This document shows positions 20,068 to 30,873 of a stretch of 64,000 bases of DNA, piece by piece. The stretch covers positions 32,001-96,000 of the IMG/VR virus record IMGVR_UViG_3300027792_000013. One strand, given 5' to 3'. The number at the start of each line of letters is the position of its first letter. The stretch's first letter is position 1. The position numbers and the translations under genes are program-made. The notes beneath the pieces are model-generated. The model searched no databases. It was not told the origin of the DNA and was given only the letters and a program-made list of their open reading frames with translations. The DNA is from a virus.

Positions 20068-21429
20068 TTAACCATCAAAATTAAAGTCATATTTTTTTAC
20101 TGTAGATTCTTTATTTGGTGATTGTGGTAAATCAGCTGTAATGCCACCTTCAATATCATAATGGGTCATGTTATCATTATTTATACCAACCATGAATTTT
20201 CTTGTAGCTTTTTCAATACCAAACAATCTATTTTTCAAAATTTTTATAACTAATTGATTTTCATCAATCATACTTTCGGTTCCTATAATTGCTGCCATTA
20301 AATCCGCGGTAGCATTTATACCAGCTGATTCTGCTACTGCACTTTGTAAAACATCCGTGGTATCCCATCCATTTCTATTCAATTGAGATGCGCTTAACAT
20401 AATGGTATTGGTTTCGACACAAAGTTCTCGTAATTCTTCACAAATACTTTTTATAAACAAATACATCCCCTGTTTAATTTCAACTTTAAACGATCTGATA
20501 ATATTCAAATAATCTACAGTAATAATGTCGGGTTTGAAGTTCTCTTTCAGTTCTAAATCTCGTAATAACACTCTAAAATTTTCTGTAGTTACCCCCCCGG
20601 TTGGGAACTCATGAATTTTTAGTTTTCCATATGATTTTTGTTTCAACCCATTTATTTTAAATTCATATTTATCTTTTTCAACTGTTTGAAATGAATTAAT
20701 AGGCATTTCAAGTAAATTAGCATCAAATCTTTTTCTAACTGTAAACTCATCTAACTCCATTGTGAAATAAATTACATTTAATCCCTGTCGAATATAATTG
20801 GCGCTCAAATCAACTAAAAGTCTGGATTTGCCCACATTCGGCATACCAAGAAAAATTATTAATTTTTTTCGTTCTAAACCACCTCCAGTGGCTCGATTAA
20901 ATCCGCCCAAATTTGTAGGATATTTTGTGGCTTCGTTATGATAATAATCAAATGCTTTTTCTGAGTCTCTAAAATAATCATGTCCCTGTGGAATATTAAA
21001 TCCAACTCTAAGAGCTTCTTGTAGTATTGTTGGAATGCTTTCAACCATTCCCTTTTTAGCTTTATCAAATATTCCTATGGAATCCAATAAGGCGTTATAG
21101 ATTGCTCTTGTTCTGCACCAACCCTCAGCTTCCGTAACCAACCAATTTTCATCTATCTCTTCTGTTGGGGATTCCAACAATTGTAGTTTTGCCAGTATAG
21201 CATCTAGTTGAGACTGGCTCAAAGATTTATCTTTTTCTTTAAAATATATCTTTAAAATTGTAAAACTTGGAGATTTTCGATATTGTCTAAAAAATGAAAT
21301 AATGGCACTACAAACCTTTTGGTCTTCGAATGATTCAAAATATTTTGGTTCAATAAAATATAAGATTTTATCTCTAATATTTTGTTTACATAAAATATTT
21401 TTGAGGATTAAATCACTTAATAGCATCAT
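20068..21429 (-). CDS. gp41: replicative DnaB-like helicase
   Basis: GHDYF, Walker A GMPNVGKS, TMEL, EFPTG, VDYLNI, SASQLNR, KNR. Confidence 0.95.
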   Translation of the reverse strand: MMLLSDLILKNILCKQNIRDKILYFIEPKYFESFEDQKVCSAIISFFRQYRKSPSFTILKIYFKEKDKSLSQSQLDAILAKLQLLESPTEEIDENWLVTEAEGWCRTRAIYNALLDSIGIFDKAKKGMVESIPTILQEALRVGFNIPQGHDYFRDSEKAFDYYHNEATKYPTNLGGFNRATGGGLERKKLIIFLGMPNVGKSRLLVDLSANYIRQGLNVIYFTMELDEFTVRKRFDANLLEMPINSFQTVEKDKYEFKINGLKQKSYGKLKIHEFPTGGVTTENFRVLLRDLELKENFKPDIITVDYLNIIRSFKVEIKQGMYLFIKSICEELRELCVETNTIMLSASQLNRNGWDTTDVLQSAVAESAGINATADLMAAIIGTESMIDENQLVIKILKNRLFGIEKATRKFMVGINNDNMTHYDIEGGITADLPQSPNKESTVKKYDFNFDG

Positions 21430-21447
21430 GTATATTTTAAATGGTTT

Positions 21448-21780
21448 TTATTGAAAACTTATAGGAGATTTTTCAATATTTGGATATGACATAATCACTT
21501 TTGGTATTTCCTCTTCTAAATTTGTAGACTTTAAAATTATTTTTTGAAGTTTTTTTGAAAGATACTCAAGAAATTCTTCTACAATTTTATCTTCGTATAT
21601 ACAATAAATTTTTAATTTATTAACAGTTGAATCATAAGTTATACCATGAAAAAATAGAAATATATCTCCAATTTTATACATTCTGTTTTCAGCATAAATA
21701 ATGGATTCGGTTTTATTTGAAGGTTTGAAACTTGCGATCCACTTATCTATTTTATTCGTCTTCATTGTTTGATTCCGCAT
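21448..21780 (-). CDS. hypothetical protein (gp40 position)
   Basis: 110-aa ORF between uvsX and gp41. Confidence 0.6.
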   Translation of the reverse strand: MRNQTMKTNKIDKWIASFKPSNKTESIIYAENRMYKIGDIFLFFHGITYDSTVNKLKIYCIYEDKIVEEFLEYLSKKLQKIILKSTNLEEEIPKVIMSYPNIEKSPISFQ

Positions 21781-22975
21781 CTATTACAGTTTCGTTATTA
21801 ATTTGAGCTTCATCGGAATTTAAAACCTCTTCGGCTACATCCTTTCCCCCAATTTCGTTTAGTTTCTCCTCGTCAATCATATCCTGGATATTTTTTAATT
21901 CGTCTTCTGCCATTGATTTTTCTAATGCTTCATCAACTTGTTCTTTTCCATAAGAAAATACTATTTGAGCTTCTTTATCTAATAGATCTAAAATTTCCTT
22001 GGTAAAACAAACTTGGGGATTTTCGTCTATCTCATTTGGGAAATATCTTTCTCCGTTGGGAAAAATAATTTTTCTGCCTTCCTTTTTCAATATTCCACTT
22101 TCGAGCCCCAAATCAGTTAGCCCATAAAATCTATCAAGTCCTCTGGAAAATGATAGTCTCATTTGAATCGTTGAGTATTGTTTGGCTGAACTCCTAGTTT
22201 TTTCAGCTTTGGCAGTTAAAATCAGACCCGAAATTGTATTAGTAGCAGTTTTTTCAACTTTGGGAAATAAACAAACAATAAAACTACTGGCATAAGTTAA
22301 TCCAGTACCACCACTAATATTGCTTTTAGTACTAAAAGGATTCGCTGGATTATCATAAGTGTGTGATGTAACAATCATCGGGAACTTTAAAAATCCCAAC
22401 TCAATTGTTAGTAACCTGAAAATTCCTTTTACTAGCTTAGCTCTTAGTCCCATATCCATTTTATTTTTATCATCTAGACTATCTTTGATTTCTTTTTCGC
22501 TAACCATCATTCCTAAAGAATCTAAAACGAATAGAAATCGAGGGTTTGGGTTATTCGGAGCCTTGTTTGCTTCCCTATCAGCCTTTATAATTTCCAGCAT
22601 TTGCATTGTTTGATTTCGGTAATCCTCGATTGATTTTACAGGGCTATGCAAAACTCTGTTGGAATCCAATCCCAATTCGATAATTGTCTTTTTTTCCAAC
22701 GCATTTTCACTGTCACTGTAAATTACATAATTGTTTGGGTCTAGATTTAACCAGCTTTTACAGATATGTAAACTTAAAAATGATTTTCCGCAGGAATAAG
22801 ATCCAGCTAGTCCAACAATCCGATTTGTTGGGAATCCACCAAAAATAGAACCAGATAGTAGAGCATTGAACATATAACTTCCGGTATCAATTGTTTCAGT
22901 AATATCGCTTAACATTCCATCATAAGCGATATTCGAAAAAGGATTAATTCTTTTGAGTTTCTTTAACAAATCCAT
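21752..22975 (-). CDS. uvsX: RecA-like recombinase
   Basis: DTGSYMFNALLSGS, GSYSCGKS, DSE, LDSLGM, SGGTG, GLDRFYGL. Confidence 0.95.
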   Translation of the reverse strand: MDLLKKLKRINPFSNIAYDGMLSDITETIDTGSYMFNALLSGSIFGGFPTNRIVGLAGSYSCGKSFLSLHICKSWLNLDPNNYVIYSDSENALEKKTIIELGLDSNRVLHSPVKSIEDYRNQTMQMLEIIKADREANKAPNNPNPRFLFVLDSLGMMVSEKEIKDSLDDKNKMDMGLRAKLVKGIFRLLTIELGFLKFPMIVTSHTYDNPANPFSTKSNISGGTGLTYASSFIVCLFPKVEKTATNTISGLILTAKAEKTRSSAKQYSTIQMRLSFSRGLDRFYGLTDLGLESGILKKEGRKIIFPNGERYFPNEIDENPQVCFTKEILDLLDKEAQIVFSYGKEQVDEALEKSMAEDELKNIQDMIDEEKLNEIGGKDVAEEVLNSDEAQINNETVIDAESNNEDE

Positions 22976-22977
22976 TG

Positions 22978-23463
22978 TTATTCTCCTTCTACATATAGAT
23001 GCACTTTATTTGTTTTGCTAATTGTTATTTTCAATGTGATTAAATCTTTATCTTTCCACAAAATTTCATCAAAGCTATGAAATAATTTCAATAGTTTTTT
23101 GAATTCAGTTTTTTGATAATTAATTGACAAATCAAATGATATTATTTTTTTTTCACTCAATCTTTTTAACTTGTCAATCCAATTTTGTTTGTTTTTAAGT
23201 CTCCACTTAATCAAATATTCTGGATGTTTCTTTCTGTAATTCATAGTTCTTAGTATTATTTTCTCTCTATTTTCCTGATAATATTGTTTCTGTTTATTTC
23301 TAATAGAATCTTTGTTTTGTAAGTAATTTTTTCTAGCATATTTTTTTTGATATCCCTTTACTTTATCTTTATTTGTTTTTGCCCACTTCTTTGTATATTT
23401 GTTTATCGCTTCTCTATTTTTATGGACCCGCTTATGCTTTTTTAATTTTTGTTTGTCTTCCAA
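22978..23463 (-). CDS. basic protein with Y..NREKI-type repeats (possible homing endonuclease remnant)
   Basis: Lys/Arg-rich repeats such as YYQENREKI and YLQNKDSI; no HNH or GIY-YIG motif seen. Confidence 0.5.
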   Translation of the reverse strand: MEDKQKLKKHKRVHKNREAINKYTKKWAKTNKDKVKGYQKKYARKNYLQNKDSIRNKQKQYYQENREKIILRTMNYRKKHPEYLIKWRLKNKQNWIDKLKRLSEKKIISFDLSINYQKTEFKKLLKLFHSFDEILWKDKDLITLKITISKTNKVHLYVEGE

Positions 23464-23474
23464 TTGTCACCTCT

Positions 23475-26045
23475 TTAAAACATAGTTTTCAATGAAATTT
23501 TTTCGGGATTAAAAAATTTGTCATGAATTGTCCAACCACATACTTTTCCTAAGTTATCTAAAGGATGTAAAAACGTTTTTTCGAATTGAGTTTCATAATC
23601 TATAGATTGGTCTAAACCCAACTCGGGAGGTAGAATAGTTAAAAACGCTATTACATTTTCCCCAATTTTGTTTGGAGTTTTAAGATAAATAAATTTAATT
23701 TTGGTTTTTTCCTGAATTAATCTATATTTCCCCAATAGGTTTAATTTTTTAATCCAGTAATTATATAATAGAGATCCTCTGACATGAATGGGGGTTGCTT
23801 TGGCATAAATATTTACATCGTCTCCATATTTTTTTAATCCTTGAACAGATCTTGGAAATGCGATTTCATCTGGTTTCATTTTATCATATTCTTCCCAAAA
23901 CTTCTTTATGCCAGACATTATTTTTTCCTCTGATTTCAGAAAAATATCATTCACAATTTCCTTTAATTTTGTTCTGATGACCTGCGGGGTGGAAGATCTG
24001 ACAATTTCAATTCCGGTAACTTTTAATGTTGGGGGATCACAAATTATATCTTCGTCAATATATTTCTGAATAATATATTTCTTTTTGGCTACAAAAAGAC
24101 CTTTTCCAACAACCTCTTGTTTCATAACAAGAGATTTTTTATAGACATTCAATATCGAATAAATCTCTTCAATTGCTTTTTCAATATATTTCGACACTTT
24201 TTTGTCACCAAATTCTTTTACAAATTTAGCGATTTCAGTATCTGACAATCCCGGTGATAATTTATTTGTCAATTTTGAACAAGAAATATATTCGGAATCT
24301 GTATCACAATAAACAACATCGATATGATCCTTTAAATTAGCTTTCAAATATTCCTCAATAAACCGAACTACATATTGACCTGTACATGTAATAGCCGAAG
24401 CAATTCTAATATCAAAATATCTAAATTTTTCATTTGCAAATGCTCCGTATCCGCTATTTAATAGAATTTTCAAAGCCTGTTGTTTCAAATCCAGACTTTT
24501 ATATAGAGATGTTTTACTTTTTGCGGATTTCATTTTCTTTTTGGTTTCTACTCGATCATTGTAAATGGTCTCCATAATATCACCAAAAATAGACGATTGA
24601 TCTTTTCTATAAAATTGTAAATTTGCTGTCATTGTTAAATTCTTTTCTTGTAAAATTGAAGTATCAACTTTTCTGAAAATCAAATTGTCCAATATAGAAT
24701 TATCGTCTTTTTTTGTTTCATCATAAAAACAAGCTAAAGAATCTATTCCAGGATTGTTAGGAAAAATTTTTGAAATCAAATCTTTTCTTGTATCCTCATC
24801 TGTTATTAGAGTCTGAGGAGAGATATTGCAATCAATAATAACATTTGGATACTCAGAATTTACATCGTATGAAATTACCCAATCATGAAACCCAATTTGT
24901 GGTTCTCTGACATATCCACCGGGATATTCTTCCTTTCTTGAATCTTTTTTAAAAGGCGGAACTATAAGATTTCGTTTTTTCTGCTCATTGTAAACAATCA
25001 CGTCCCAGACCTTTACGGCTGAAAAAATATCACAAAAAAGAACTTTGGCAGTATAAGCAATTGTTGTAGCTAAATTCAATAACTGTAATTTTTCTTCCAA
25101 AAGATAAACTAATTCAACATCATAGATATTATATTCGACAAACTTTTGTTTGTCATTTAAATAGAATTCATCTAAAGAATCTTCGTCAAACTTAACTTTT
25201 TCTTTGTTAAGTTCGACTTGTGAAATATGCGATAATGAATATGATTCCCTTGTTGTTGGTACATACTTTTTGTATAGATCCAAATAGTCTAAAATAGGAA
25301 TATGAAAATCCCAATGAGACAATCGACTTCCATTCACAAAAGATTCAATGGGATTGACATGCCCAATAGGACTCAAATCGTTTAAAACATTTGATCCAAT
25401 TACTTTGCAAATCCGGTTGGTTAAATATGGGATATCAAAATATTGGACATTCCACCCGGTAATAATATCCGGAGACAAAGATTTTATGACGTGAATAAAT
25501 AACTCCAAAAGTTCCCTTTCAGTTGTGACTTGTTTGAATTGAATTTTTTCTTTATCTATGTCTAATTGACATTTTGAAGTTTCAAAGGGGCAAGTACTTA
25601 AAACAAAAAATGATTTCGTTATACTATCTTTTATAGTAATCGAAGTAACCGGATATAATGCATCCTGTGGTTCAGCAAAACCTTGACTATTTGAAAAAAC
25701 TTCGATATCAATATAAACAGTTTTGATAAAATCTAGATTCCAAAATACTGATTGTTCTTCTCCCCATCTTGAATTAATAAATTGATATACTGGCGAAATT
25801 TCCCCATATAATGGAACATCTAGTTGTTTTTGATCATTTTTAAAATTATGATATTCTTTGATCGATAAACTATGTTTTTTCAAAAATTTATTATCAGTCC
25901 CTATATATTCAGTGGGTATTTGTGCCAAAGTATAGATTTCCGGATAAAAAATAACATCTCGTTTAAATTTCTTACCGGTTTCATTGTAACCAATACAACA
26001 TAAACTGTTACCGTTTGAAATCACATTTGTGTAAAATTCTTTCAT
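23475..26045 (-). CDS. gp43: family B DNA polymerase
   Basis: Exo DIEV, GWNVQYFDIPY, YNIYD; pol DVNSEYP, KILLNSGYG, YCDTDS, KKKY, GIEIVRSSTP. Confidence 0.97.
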   Translation of the reverse strand: MKEFYTNVISNGNSLCCIGYNETGKKFKRDVIFYPEIYTLAQIPTEYIGTDNKFLKKHSLSIKEYHNFKNDQKQLDVPLYGEISPVYQFINSRWGEEQSVFWNLDFIKTVYIDIEVFSNSQGFAEPQDALYPVTSITIKDSITKSFFVLSTCPFETSKCQLDIDKEKIQFKQVTTERELLELFIHVIKSLSPDIITGWNVQYFDIPYLTNRICKVIGSNVLNDLSPIGHVNPIESFVNGSRLSHWDFHIPILDYLDLYKKYVPTTRESYSLSHISQVELNKEKVKFDEDSLDEFYLNDKQKFVEYNIYDVELVYLLEEKLQLLNLATTIAYTAKVLFCDIFSAVKVWDVIVYNEQKKRNLIVPPFKKDSRKEEYPGGYVREPQIGFHDWVISYDVNSEYPNVIIDCNISPQTLITDEDTRKDLISKIFPNNPGIDSLACFYDETKKDDNSILDNLIFRKVDTSILQEKNLTMTANLQFYRKDQSSIFGDIMETIYNDRVETKKKMKSAKSKTSLYKSLDLKQQALKILLNSGYGAFANEKFRYFDIRIASAITCTGQYVVRFIEEYLKANLKDHIDVVYCDTDSEYISCSKLTNKLSPGLSDTEIAKFVKEFGDKKVSKYIEKAIEEIYSILNVYKKSLVMKQEVVGKGLFVAKKKYIIQKYIDEDIICDPPTLKVTGIEIVRSSTPQVIRTKLKEIVNDIFLKSEEKIMSGIKKFWEEYDKMKPDEIAFPRSVQGLKKYGDDVNIYAKATPIHVRGSLLYNYWIKKLNLLGKYRLIQEKTKIKFIYLKTPNKIGENVIAFLTILPPELGLDQSIDYETQFEKTFLHPLDNLGKVCGWTIHDKFFNPEKISLKTMF

Positions 26046-27253
26046 TCAAATATTTCCTTTAGATCATGTTTAATTGTATCTTCTTCAAATTTGTTAAAAA
26101 CCATTCCACTTTTAATTAACTCGTCAAGTTTTTTTCCTTTTGGTAAATCAAATATTTTGTCAATTAATGTAAAAATAAAAATATCATTTCGAGGAAAAAT
26201 GTCTCTTATAATTTCTTTTGAATTCAAGAAAAGTATATTTTCTAACTCAGTTTTATCTTTTATAAAGTGATACAAATTATGCAAGGATAAAAAACTATAA
26301 AAACGTGTCGTAAATGCCTGATTTTTTTCGTTAAATTCTTGATATATATGTCGCCAAGTTAAACCTTCACAAACTGGACAATCACAAGGTAGTGGAATAT
26401 CTAAATTAAGATGGTCAATTGAATCTATCTGTTTTGTTATAGTTAATTTGCTCGATTTAAAAATAGAAGTTTTGTAAGACCCGAATGCCGATGATAATAT
26501 AGGTGATGATGAATCGTATGAAATTTTGCATTTATACCCTAATTGATTTAGTTTATGTTGAAAATAAATCAACATGCGCATAATTTGATATGATGTTGCT
26601 CCAAAAATATGAAAAATTTTTCCTTTGCTGTTAAATCTATCAAATTCCCCGGATTCTAAAAACATAATAAGAGCATACAAAGTTAAAAATATATTTCGTG
26701 ATACAGATCCAATCGCCCACCCACCACTAAAATTAAAATCCTTGACTTTCTGATACCACGTAATCAATTGATCGATGCTTCTTCCTTGTAAAACATTCAT
26801 AAATTTTGTTTTGTTACTTTGATGAGTTTCAAACCATTGAAAATTAGAAAATGACATTTCTAAACATTCTTCAAATGTTTTTCTTCTGTTTCCTTTACTA
26901 GATGATATAAATGGTGGTATATCCAAATTTGGAGAGTAATTGGTATTTTCTTCTAACCAATCAAATATTTTTTCTCTAATCTCATCAGAATATTCTAAGT
27001 AGTCCGTAGTTATTTGATATCCACCAGAATCTCCCATCACTAATGTTTTAGTTAAGTCAATTTTTAATATTTCCTTAACCAAATTTGGTTTTTTATAATT
27101 ATGTCCGGCCGAAAACATAATTTTGTCATAATGAAAAATAGAATTTTCTTTATTGAAAAATCGCATAGACTTTTCTTTTATTAATTTATCAGTAATCATT
27201 TCATCATATAAACATCCTGTCGATATTGCTGGAATATATAAAGTTCTATTCAT
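26042..27253 (-). CDS. dpdA: TGT-fold guanine transglycosylase, DpdA-like (7-deazaguanine insertion into DNA)
   Basis: MGDSGGYQI, LDIP, VLQG, GWAIG, HIFG, YDSSS, Zn site CDCPVC...LHN; coupled to gp43 and clustered with folE/queD/queE. Confidence 0.85.
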   Translation of the reverse strand: MNRTLYIPAISTGCLYDEMITDKLIKEKSMRFFNKENSIFHYDKIMFSAGHNYKKPNLVKEILKIDLTKTLVMGDSGGYQITTDYLEYSDEIREKIFDWLEENTNYSPNLDIPPFISSSKGNRRKTFEECLEMSFSNFQWFETHQSNKTKFMNVLQGRSIDQLITWYQKVKDFNFSGGWAIGSVSRNIFLTLYALIMFLESGEFDRFNSKGKIFHIFGATSYQIMRMLIYFQHKLNQLGYKCKISYDSSSPILSSAFGSYKTSIFKSSKLTITKQIDSIDHLNLDIPLPCDCPVCEGLTWRHIYQEFNEKNQAFTTRFYSFLSLHNLYHFIKDKTELENILFLNSKEIIRDIFPRNDIFIFTLIDKIFDLPKGKKLDELIKSGMVFNKFEEDTIKHDLKEIFE

Positions 27254-27276
27254 TTAATGACCTACCTTATTTAATT

Positions 27277-27303
27277 ATTATACCAAAAAACTTAAAAAAA
27301 CTT
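27277..27303 (-). promoter_or_regulatory. AAGTT-N16-TATAAT promoter for dpdA-gp43
   Basis: AAGTT, 16 nt, TATAAT. Confidence 0.65.
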
Positions 27304-27331
27304 TCTTTTTTTAGTAGAAAAATATATGTTT

Positions 27332-28351
27332 TCATATATACTCCTTGATTTTTTCAAACCCAACAAATTTATTAATCAATATTTGTCTTTGTATTTTTAA
27401 TAATTCATCCAATTTATTTTTATTCATTGAGTTAATTTGTTTGACAAAATGCAAAAACGTTTTAATTATTTCATTGTCGGATAAGAGATTCTCATATTTA
27501 AATTCTGATATATACATTTCTTCGTAAGACAATCGATTTGGAATAAATGGAACCACATCTAAAAATACTCCCTCAACAGCACTTATACCAAATGTTTCTT
27601 GAAGATTGGCACTAAATAAAAATTTACTACTCGTTAGTAATTTATAATAATCTTTTTTTGTTTTGCATTCTTCTAAACTAACAACAAAAGACATGTCTTT
27701 TATTTCATTTTTCATTCTCCTAAATAAGTCAATTCTTTTTTCCACTGATAGTCTATGTGGAAAAATTACCTGATTTTTCTTTAAATCACGATCCATTTTA
27801 TACTTATTTAAATAATCTATTTTGTATGGAAATCCAACTACTTTTATTTTGTCTTTATATGTATTCCCAAAATTATTTATGATCATTTTTTTATGAAAAT
27901 CAGTTGTAACAAAAGATATGTCGGAACAATCTAATAAACTTTTTTCAAATCCATTGAAATACTTATTTGCACCAACTAATCCTAATAAATCATATGGATC
28001 ATAACTTCCAGCATGCCAATAAGAATAGATTTTAATATTAATTCCACTTAAAAGTGACATATATTTTACTGCTATAATCCCATAATGCCAGGCATCATAA
28101 AACAAAAATTTATCATTTGGTTTAATTAATTTTTTATTGAATAAATCTGCCATTTTACTAATTTGTTCTGATTTCCACTTATTAGTATTAAAAATATCTA
28201 AAAAATTTTTGTTATTACTTATACCAGATCTAGTTTTTCCGTCTATTTCAATCGAGTCCGGAAATTCTTCTTTAAACCATACTTTCCACTGTTTTGTATA
28301 TCTTGTCTCTAATGGTTCCAATGTAACTAAATATAGCATATTAACCTCCAT
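27332..28351 (-). CDS. GT-B fold (GT4-like) glycosyltransferase
   Basis: FPHRLSVEKR, C-terminal E-x7-E motif QETFGISAVE, PNRLSYEEMY. Confidence 0.85.
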   Translation of the reverse strand: MEVNMLYLVTLEPLETRYTKQWKVWFKEEFPDSIEIDGKTRSGISNNKNFLDIFNTNKWKSEQISKMADLFNKKLIKPNDKFLFYDAWHYGIIAVKYMSLLSGINIKIYSYWHAGSYDPYDLLGLVGANKYFNGFEKSLLDCSDISFVTTDFHKKMIINNFGNTYKDKIKVVGFPYKIDYLNKYKMDRDLKKNQVIFPHRLSVEKRIDLFRRMKNEIKDMSFVVSLEECKTKKDYYKLLTSSKFLFSANLQETFGISAVEGVFLDVVPFIPNRLSYEEMYISEFKYENLLSDNEIIKTFLHFVKQINSMNKNKLDELLKIQRQILINKFVGFEKIKEYI

Positions 28352-28359
28352 AATCTATT

Positions 28360-29091
28360 TTAATATATATATTCAATATCTTTAATAGACCAACCATCTT
28401 TTTTTAAAGAAATTCCATAATTATTTACTTTTTTACTCCAAGCCAATTCAGATACCCACTTTTTTTCTGAATAACTATATCTAAGATGGTAAATACTATC
28501 ATTACAAAATATATAGTGAGGTTTTATTTTTTTATGTTTGAAAATTAAATCAGAAAAAACAAACCAATCTATTGTTTTTTTAGTATTTAATAATTTTTTT
28601 AAAATAACAGTATCTTCTATAAAAGTATCATATTTTTGTAAATAACAACATCCCAACATTGAAAGATAAATATCATCATTTACAAACATCGGTGCTTTTC
28701 TGATTCCTATATCAACTCTATTTTCTATAAATGACATATAGACTATGTTTTTATTTTCCACAAATTTTAAAATGTTTTGAATAACTTTTTCATTAAAAAT
28801 AAAATCATCGTCAAAAATAAAGTAGTTTTTACGATTTAAATTATTCATATATTTAAGCATGTAATAAGTAGTTTTATTTATATTGCCACCACCTAATCCT
28901 GAAAATATATTCCACTTTTTTATCATCAATACTTCGAGTAACTTTTTCTGAAACCCAGTTAAGTCATTTTCCCCATCTTTGATTACTAACAAATTACCAA
29001 CAGTATTAAATGTTGATAGTACTGTTAAAAAAGCAGTAAAACATTCATACCCAAGAGTTCTTACCACAATTGTAAAATTTTTTTCTTTCAT
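28360..29091 (-). CDS. putative GT-A fold glycosyltransferase
   Basis: N-terminal FTIVVRT beta strand, IKDG, FIFDDD (DXD), late YHL. Confidence 0.55.
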   Translation of the reverse strand: MKEKNFTIVVRTLGYECFTAFLTVLSTFNTVGNLLVIKDGENDLTGFQKKLLEVLMIKKWNIFSGLGGGNINKTTYYMLKYMNNLNRKNYFIFDDDFIFNEKVIQNILKFVENKNIVYMSFIENRVDIGIRKAPMFVNDDIYLSMLGCCYLQKYDTFIEDTVILKKLLNTKKTIDWFVFSDLIFKHKKIKPHYIFCNDSIYHLRYSYSEKKWVSELAWSKKVNNYGISLKKDGWSIKDIEYIY

Positions 29092-29097
29092 ATTTAT

Positions 29098-29727
29098 TTA
29101 CATAAAAAGATTAAACACTTTATCATTTTTAAACCATAATCTTTCACAAAAAAGATTGTTTTTATGTAAATAAAAATACAAGCTATTTATTAAAGAAATA
29201 TCAATCTGTGATTTATATAACATAACCAATCTTATTTTATCAAAAATATCTATATTAATAAATGCATGATTAAAATTATTATTTTTTAAAAAATCATTGG
29301 TTTTAAATTGTACATTATCGGCATATGGTAAATCCTCATAAAAAATTAATTTATCATCGGGTAATATATTTTTAAAAGTTTCAAAGCATATAACATGATC
29401 TATATGTTCTTCAATTGATAATGGCAAGAAAACGAAATCATACCAACATAAATTTATTTTAACATCTATGTTTATTTTTAATTTCGAACGTAACTTAGAA
29501 TCTAAAAAATTTAAGTGAATATAATTTGCATTTACATGTTTACAGAAACTTTTGTCTTCTTGTAATCTTGTATTATATGGATTTTCCGATTTTATATTTT
29601 CATTTAATAGATAATTACTTTTATTAAAAACCGTTAAAATAGTTTTTTTACCTATTATTCTTTGTATAGATCCACCAATAGAAAAAGCAATATCATCGAA
29701 ATGTGGTTGAACAAATAATATCTTCAT
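29098..29727 (-). CDS. PIG-L/LmbE family N-acetylhexosamine deacetylase
   Basis: PHFDD..FSIGG, R..ED, HIDH, FYEDLPY, YKSQ. Confidence 0.9.
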   Translation of the reverse strand: MKILFVQPHFDDIAFSIGGSIQRIIGKKTILTVFNKSNYLLNENIKSENPYNTRLQEDKSFCKHVNANYIHLNFLDSKLRSKLKINIDVKINLCWYDFVFLPLSIEEHIDHVICFETFKNILPDDKLIFYEDLPYADNVQFKTNDFLKNNNFNHAFINIDIFDKIRLVMLYKSQIDISLINSLYFYLHKNNLFCERLWFKNDKVFNLFM

Positions 29728-30194
29728 TTTTTGTAATCTACCATATATTTTTCCCAGTCATTATAACTAAAAGAATCTGAAATAAATATACCATCAATTG
29801 ATTCTATTTTTAAAGATACTTGATTTATATTACTCAAAGTCAGATTATTAGTTTTTAAAGTAAATATTTTATGAATGTAGTGATTTGATAATATATAAGC
29901 CGGTATCTTAAAAATTTCATCTATTTCATATTCAGCAACAATGATATATTTATTTACATCTATTGTTGATAAAAATTCAAATAATTCTTTATTGTCTATT
30001 TTTGATTGATTACATGCTCCAAAATAAATCCTTTTAATATCCACATCTTTTTCTAGTATATTTTTAATTTCATTTAGAGAAAAAGATCCTTTGACAAATA
30101 AAGTTTTGATTTTATCTTTTTCTATCCCTTCAACTTCTACCGATACAAAATAAGGTTTATCTAACATTTTTTTTCTCACTTTCACCATGATCAT
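29724..30194 (-). CDS. conserved phage hypothetical protein within the deazaguanine cluster
   Basis: VEVEG...KTLFV.G...IYFGA pattern; 4-nt overlap with the PIG-L gene. Confidence 0.6.
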   Translation of the reverse strand: MIMVKVRKKMLDKPYFVSVEVEGIEKDKIKTLFVKGSFSLNEIKNILEKDVDIKRIYFGACNQSKIDNKELFEFLSTIDVNKYIIVAEYEIDEIFKIPAYILSNHYIHKIFTLKTNNLTLSNINQVSLKIESIDGIFISDSFSYNDWEKYMVDYKK

Positions 30195-30873
30195 TGCTGT
30201 ATCCTAAACAAGTTTCACATTTTTTAATAATTCTATTTTCAATATTCGTTTCCCAAATATTCCCCAAAACACAATCACTACTATCATCAAAACACTCACA
30301 ACATCTTACTATTTTACCATTAGATAGTACTACCACCTCATTATTTACAAGAAAAGAACAATTTTTGAAATCACTCCTTTTCTCTGTATTATTTAATTGA
30401 CCCAGGTCCCGCAATCGTTTGGTAAAACATTTGAATCCATTATTTAAAAGATCTAGTATAATGTCTTTATATTTTTCTTCGTCAAAAAATAATATATTTA
30501 TTTTATCTTTGTCATTTTTTATTTCACTCAAATTTTTAATTGAGTTATAATTGTGAAAGGAAATGTATAATTTACTTAACCCCATTTTTATTAAAGACGA
30601 AAAATTACTATTAGTTAATAGAATTCCATTCGTATTTAATTCAACTTTTATTTTTTTATTATTTAATACTTTTATTGTATATAATAATATATCTAATTCC
30701 AAAAGACTTTCTCCAAAATGATGTAATCGTACTTTTTTCGATGTGATAATATTACATATATGGTCTATCACATCTTTATCAATTGTTTTAATAGGTCTTG
30801 TCATCGCACTTCTTGGGCAATAATAACAACTTAAGTTACATTTATTTGTTATTTCAATTTGATATATATTCAT
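30157..30873 (-). CDS. radical SAM enzyme with twitch/SPASM-like C-terminus
   Basis: IEITNKCNLSCYYCPR, LHHFGESLL, NTNG, CSFL...GKIVRCC...GNI...CETC. Confidence 0.9.
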   Translation of the reverse strand: MNIYQIEITNKCNLSCYYCPRSAMTRPIKTIDKDVIDHICNIITSKKVRLHHFGESLLELDILLYTIKVLNNKKIKVELNTNGILLTNSNFSSLIKMGLSKLYISFHNYNSIKNLSEIKNDKDKINILFFDEEKYKDIILDLLNNGFKCFTKRLRDLGQLNNTEKRSDFKNCSFLVNNEVVVLSNGKIVRCCECFDDSSDCVLGNIWETNIENRIIKKCETCLGYSNDHGESEKKNVR

